From Octopus sinensis (Eukaryota), in assembly GCF_006345805.1 (NCBI RefSeq), contig NW_021825842.1:1-14539 (forward strand): a stretch of 14,539 nucleotides of DNA, written 5' to 3'. Positions 10,621 to 14,539 of the stretch are shown piece by piece. Position numbers and translations under genes: made by a program. Below the pieces are notes generated by a model. That model saw nothing but the letters and a program-made list of their open reading frames with translations, did not search any database and was not told the origin of the DNA. Numbering within the stretch: the first letter of the stretch is position 1; each line of letters begins with the position of its first letter.

Positions 10621-10628
10621 TATATAAA
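10621..10628 (+). promoter_or_regulatory. TATA-box-like motif about 50 nt upstream of the hammerhead
   Basis: gagTATATAAAccg in otherwise complex sequence; position fits a pseudo-LTR promoter. Confidence 0.4.
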
Positions 10629-10675
10629 CCGCTTGGCTGCTTGTATCACGGGAGATCAGTTAGAATGTTGTAGAC

Positions 10676-10718
10676 GCCTCTGATGAGAAGCCAATAAGGT
10701 TCGAAAATCGATTAAGGT
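10676..10718 (+). ncRNA. Minimal type I hammerhead ribozyme motif, canonical core
   Basis: Stem I gcct/aggt; CTGATGA(10680-86); stem II gaa[g]cc-aataa-ggttc(10687-10702); GAAA(10703-06); palindromic ATCGAT; U16.1=10713, H17=A10714. Confidence 0.78.
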
Positions 10719-10869
10719 TGCTCATCGTTTTTTCAGTCTGCAGAGAAATGGCTAAAAGTGACCCTGTTTATAATTATACCATATGTTATATATATATATA
10801 TATATAAAACATATAGTATAATAAAATAGGGTAAATTTTTGCTATTTGCTGAATCTAAATTTTGCTGAA

Positions 10870-10905
<36 letters not shown>

Positions 10906-10906
<1 letters not shown>

Positions 10907-11221
10907 TGTTTGTTTGTTTGTTTGTTCCTTCTCGATCCACGCGTGGCTCATTAGGGCCGGTTTCCCAGTTTCCTTGGCGTATAGGTTACCCACCTGGACG
11001 GGACGCCGGTCAGTCGCAGGTGAGCTGCAAGATGTAGGAGAAAAGAGTGAGGGAAAGTTGTGGCGAAAGAGTCAGCAGAAGTTCGCCGTTACCTTCTGCC
11101 GGAGCCGCGTGGAGCTTAGGTGTTTCACTCATAAACATACACATCACCCGGTCTGAGATTCGAACCCGCTATTCCTCGACCGCGAGTCCGCTGCTCTAAC
11201 CACTAGGCCATGTGCCTCCAC
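10906..11221 (-). mobile_element. Full-length tRNA-derived SINE, family B2, (AAAC)n tail
   Basis: Minus-strand head gtggaggcacaTGGCCTAGTGGttagagcagcggactcgcggtcgaggaatagcggGTTCGAATCtcagaccggg; tail at 10906-10926; possible ataca TSD (10901-05/11222-26). Confidence 0.92.
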
Positions 11222-11330
11222 ATACACGCATACACACACACATAAGTAGTAAAATGAAGTAGAGTGTGCTCGTCTGACCACACCACGGAAATTTCCTCAG
11301 TGACCATAGCGAAGAAAATGTGTGCCTGTG

Positions 11331-11363
<33 letters not shown>

Positions 11364-11410
11364 CGTGAATGGTAAGAGACATAACTTGAAAGCCATTACA
11401 GCCATGAATC

Positions 11411-11645
11411 TTTCAAAAACTCAAATCCCCCTTGAAAGGAAATTCAAAAATATGCGACAAGACACCTCTTCGCTATCCCCAGAAAACGAGTTCCAGGAAT
11501 GCTTCCATCAATGGAAACAACACCGGATAAAGTACGCGGCTTCTGAATGGGACATCTTTGAAAAGGATCAAATGTCAAATTGATATGTGTGTTGAAGTTT
11601 TGTTTTTATAGCACCAGTCCCGATATTTTTGGATCAAACTTCGTG
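11411..11645 (+). mobile_element. Mariner (Tc1/mariner) relic: degenerate transposase C-terminus plus right TIR
   Basis: Frame-shifted peptides FQKLKSPLKG / IQKYATRHLFAIP / ENEFQECFHQWKQHRIKYAASEWDIFEKD resemble the mariner C-terminus (FPKLK..L.G..F..W..RW.KC....G.YFE); TIR-like cagtcccgatatttttggatcaaacttcg at 11615-11643. Confidence 0.85.
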
Positions 11646-11656
11646 TATAATCATGA

Positions 11657-12052
11657 CTAGTTTAAAAGCCGCACTCCGTCCCGACTTTTGGTCTGGTTCC
11701 TGCGGAGGACTCATGGGGTCTGCAGCCCCAAACTAAAAACATCAATAGTAATAAAGCATTGGTTGGTACCCTACTAATATGGTCTTAATTTTAAATTCAG
11801 TTTAAATGAAAAAACGTTTTAAGTTCAAAAATTTTTTGGAGTTCTTTTAAAATTTTAAAATTTGAATTTTCATCTGATTGCATACAACAAATTCTCATCC
11901 AGATCTGATCCCAATACTTGATGTTCAAGGACCAAATGAAGGGCAGATTTTCAATCCCGGATCATCCTGATTCCCAAAATGGTATAATGTGTCTATGTAG
12001 AGCAGATGTAGACTGAAATACAGGGGTCACAGACGGATAGACAGAATTTTGC

Positions 12053-12060
<8 letters not shown>
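11657..12060 (-). mobile_element. Probable non-autonomous Helitron (Lep1-like layout)
   Basis: Minus-strand 3' end CTAG|T (11657-60) after a degenerate GC-rich hairpin (11668-11684); minus-strand 5' region taataaatgcaaaattctgtctatccgtctgt; 5' TC terminus not seen. Confidence 0.55.
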
Positions 12061-12139
<79 letters not shown>

Positions 12140-13276
12140 TTTTTTTCTTCTTTCAAATTTGCTATCATTTCTTGCCGAGTGTCTTCCCGACTCCTAGGGC
12201 AAAGAAACTCATAGTATACATTGGTAGGCCATTAAACCAAACTCAGTAGTTCGTTCATTTTTTTTTTTTTTCTTAAAGTTAAATTAAAATACATGAGCAG
12301 CAACAGTTCTCACATCGACAATGCTCTTCTCAATACGTGTGATGTACCAGTTAAGACAATCTTTTGCACTTCTTGCAGGGATGGTAAGCCAGGGATCATT
12401 CTCATATAATTTTCGGTTCCCTTCTTGATCATTCCTAGTGCTCCTACGATCACTGGTATTGTAACCGCCTTGAGATGCCACATTTTCTCAATTTCAATGA
12501 GTAGGTCTTTATATTTTCTGAGCTTGTCAAACTCTTTCGCTGAGATATTATGATCACAGGGGATGCTCATGTCGATCAATAAGCAAACTTTATTGTTTTG
12601 GTCTTTCACAACAATATCTGGTTTATTGGCCTTGTTGGTTCGGTCTGTATCCTGGAAAGTCCCACAGAATGGTTACATTTTCTCCTTCAGTTACAGCCTC
12701 AGGGTGGTGATTATACCACTTGTCGGCAGTTTTGATATTGTAATGCCGACTTATTAGCCAGTGGAGATATTGGCCAACTCTGTCATGTCTTAATTTATAC
12801 TCCACTGGTGCTAAGACTTTACATCCAGAGATTAGGTGGTCCACTGTTTCAATCATGTCGTTGCAGAATCGGCATTTTGGGTCTGCTCCATTTTTCATCA
12901 CATTGGCCTGGTAGTTCCGAGTTAATAGGCTTTGATCTTGAGCAGCCAGGATGAAACCTTCGCTCTCTGCTTTTAGCCCTGAGCTCCGTAGCCACTGATG
13001 GGTTTGCTTCTGGTCAACATCAGCTTGTTTGCTGTGGGTCACATATTTGCCGTGCAGAGGTTTCTCCTCCCACCTATCAGCCAATTGCTCGTGCGCTTTT
13101 TTCATTGCCATCATTTTCACCTTCTTTGCAACAATAGTTGCCGTACTTCCCTCGGGTTGTTCAGTTTGGGTATCCTGCACGAGATCAATAGCAAAGTTTT
13201 TGCTTTACTTTATGATAGAATGAAGCTTCTTTCGTCTCTCGTGATTTTCCACGAGCTTTAGCATCCAGTCATTCGA

Positions 13277-13277
<1 letters not shown>
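12055..13277 (-). mobile_element. 5'-truncated R4/Dong-type RLE non-LTR retrotransposon with 3' UTR (12139-12309) and (TAA)n tail (12055-12138)
   Basis: CCHC knuckle and PD-D endonuclease; (TAA)n at both ends, the established target of Dong elements. Confidence 0.92.
12310..13277 (-). pseudogene. Disrupted C-terminal part of retrotransposon ORF: post-RT region, zinc knuckle, restriction-like endonuclease
   Basis: KPLHG; CRFCNDMIETVDHLISGC; RHD; ILWDF; after a frameshift near 12652, TDRTNKANKPDIVVKD..LIDMSIP..KYKDL..PVIVGALG; in-frame stop at 13205-13207; RT core absent. Confidence 0.92.
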
Positions 13278-13337
<60 letters not shown>

Positions 13338-13688
13338 TTATATGTGACATTTGCATTGTATTTGTACAAGTTGGCTCTAAGCCTCACCCTGAGACCTCAA
13401 GAGACAACAAGTTAGAAGTTCGTGTTGGTGTTATACCTAGGGTGCCATATATTTGGTTTTGTACACAGTGTTGTTCTAGAGAATGTTTAAGAAACTTAAG
13501 AAAATCACGTTTGTTTTAAAACTTGAGATTATATAGAAAGTAACTTACGTAGGATATGGGTAGTTCCCATGAGGACTATCTTTTGAATTTCTGCCATTTT
13601 GGGGTTTCCTGGTATCTGAGCTACGTAGCTATCATCCCCTTTTGCTACTATTCACAGGGCACCTATGACAACAGGCATTATTTTAGTC
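13278..13688 (-). mobile_element. 3' end of a second, distinct R4/Dong-type element with its own 3' UTR and (TAA)n tail (13278-13337)
   Basis: 13684->13529 translates as KIMPVVIGAL*IVAKGDDSYVAQIPGNPKMAEIQKIVLMGTTHILRKLLSI*, homologous to TIPVIVGALGMIKKGTENYMRMIPGLPSLQEVQKIVLTGTSHVLRRALSM*. Confidence 0.9.
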
Positions 13689-13690
13689 AT

Positions 13691-13829
13691 CATGGTTCTA
13701 GGTTCAGTCCCACTGCGTGACACCTTGAGCAAGTGTATTCTACTACAGCTTCGGGCCGACCACAGCCTTGTGAGTTGATTTGGTAGACGGAAACTGAAAG
13801 AAGCCCGTCGTATATATATATATGTGTGT

Positions 13830-13882
<53 letters not shown>

Positions 13883-14095
13883 GTGTTGTGTGTGTGTATG
13901 TGTGTGTGTGTTTGTGGCCCCAACATCGTTTGACAACCGATGCTGGTGCGTTTACATCTCTGATATCTAACGGTTCGGCAAGAGAGACCGATAGAATACG
14001 TACTAGCTTACAAAGAATAAGTCCTGGGGTCGATTTGCTCGACTAAACGCGGGGCTCCAGCATGGCCGCATTCAAATGACTGAAACAAATAAAAA
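13691..14095 (+). mobile_element. SINE family A lacking the A-box part of the head; internal (TA)n(TG)n
   Basis: catggttctagGTTCAGTCCcactgcgtgacaccttgagcaagtg...catggccgcattcaaatgactgaaacaaataaaaa; close reverse-complement match to 7515-7905. Confidence 0.93.
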
Positions 14096-14539
14096 TATAT
14101 ATATGTGTATATGTATGTATATTTATGTATGTGTGTATGTGTATATGCATAAATGTAAATATATGCATATATATATACATACATATATATTTATGTGTAT
14201 ATACATATATATATATATAAATGTATGTATGAATGTATGTATGTATTTACATACATATATACAAAGATTATATAAATTTGTAAAGAAATGTTTTCTGCAA
14301 TTCAGCCGAAATAAATATAAATATATTTCACTTTGTGTTGAGTCCTTTCAAGTTGATGGTATTTGTTTCAAAAGAAACTACCATCACCGCCGCCGCCGCC
14401 GCCGCATGTATATACATATATATACACAAACATATATATACATGTGTATGTGTGTGCGTGTATGTATGTATGTTTATATGTGTGTATATGCGTGAGAGAG
14501 AGACAGATAAAGAGGGTGGGGATGAGTGTGAAATTTCTT
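14096..14539. repeat. TA/TG/TATG low complexity with a short (CGC)n at 14387-14405
   Basis: Direct. Confidence 0.85.

Larger units (their letters stand above)
10487..10788 (+). mobile_element. About 300-bp hammerhead-bearing unit; Penelope-like pseudo-LTR or retrozyme-like monomer
   Basis: Complex sequence between TA-rich tracts; catatgtta at both 10487-10495 and 10780-10788; TATATAAA at 10621-10628; hammerhead at 10676-10718. Confidence 0.65.

Noticed and set aside
1-14539. CRISPR array, operon or other prokaryotic system
   Set aside because: No repeat-spacer periodicity and no gene-dense structure; content is typical of an animal genome

Overview
AT-rich, repeat-saturated eukaryotic non-coding DNA (intronic or intergenic). 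The SINE repertoire points to a cephalopod, probably Octopus; this is recalled family resemblance, not a database result. No intact protein-coding gene is evident, and almost all listed ORFs are microsatellite read-throughs. The window holds: (i) at least 9 tRNA-derived SINE copies from 3-4 families; (ii) three fragments of R4/Dong-type restriction-like-endonuclease (RLE) non-LTR retrotransposons, all abutting (TAA)n, two of them stacked head-to-tail; (iii) a mariner transposase remnant with one TIR; (iv) a probable non-autonomous Helitron; and (v) many compound microsatellites. The most interesting signals are two minimal type I hammerhead ribozyme motifs with palindromic stem III, each in a short Penelope-like element set in TA-rich DNA. 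One (5920-5969) has a compensatory G3:C8 core and overlaps the right arm of a 116-bp-arm inverted repeat. The other (10676-10718) has the canonical CUGAUGA core and lies in a 293-nt unit with a TATA box and a 9-bp direct repeat.
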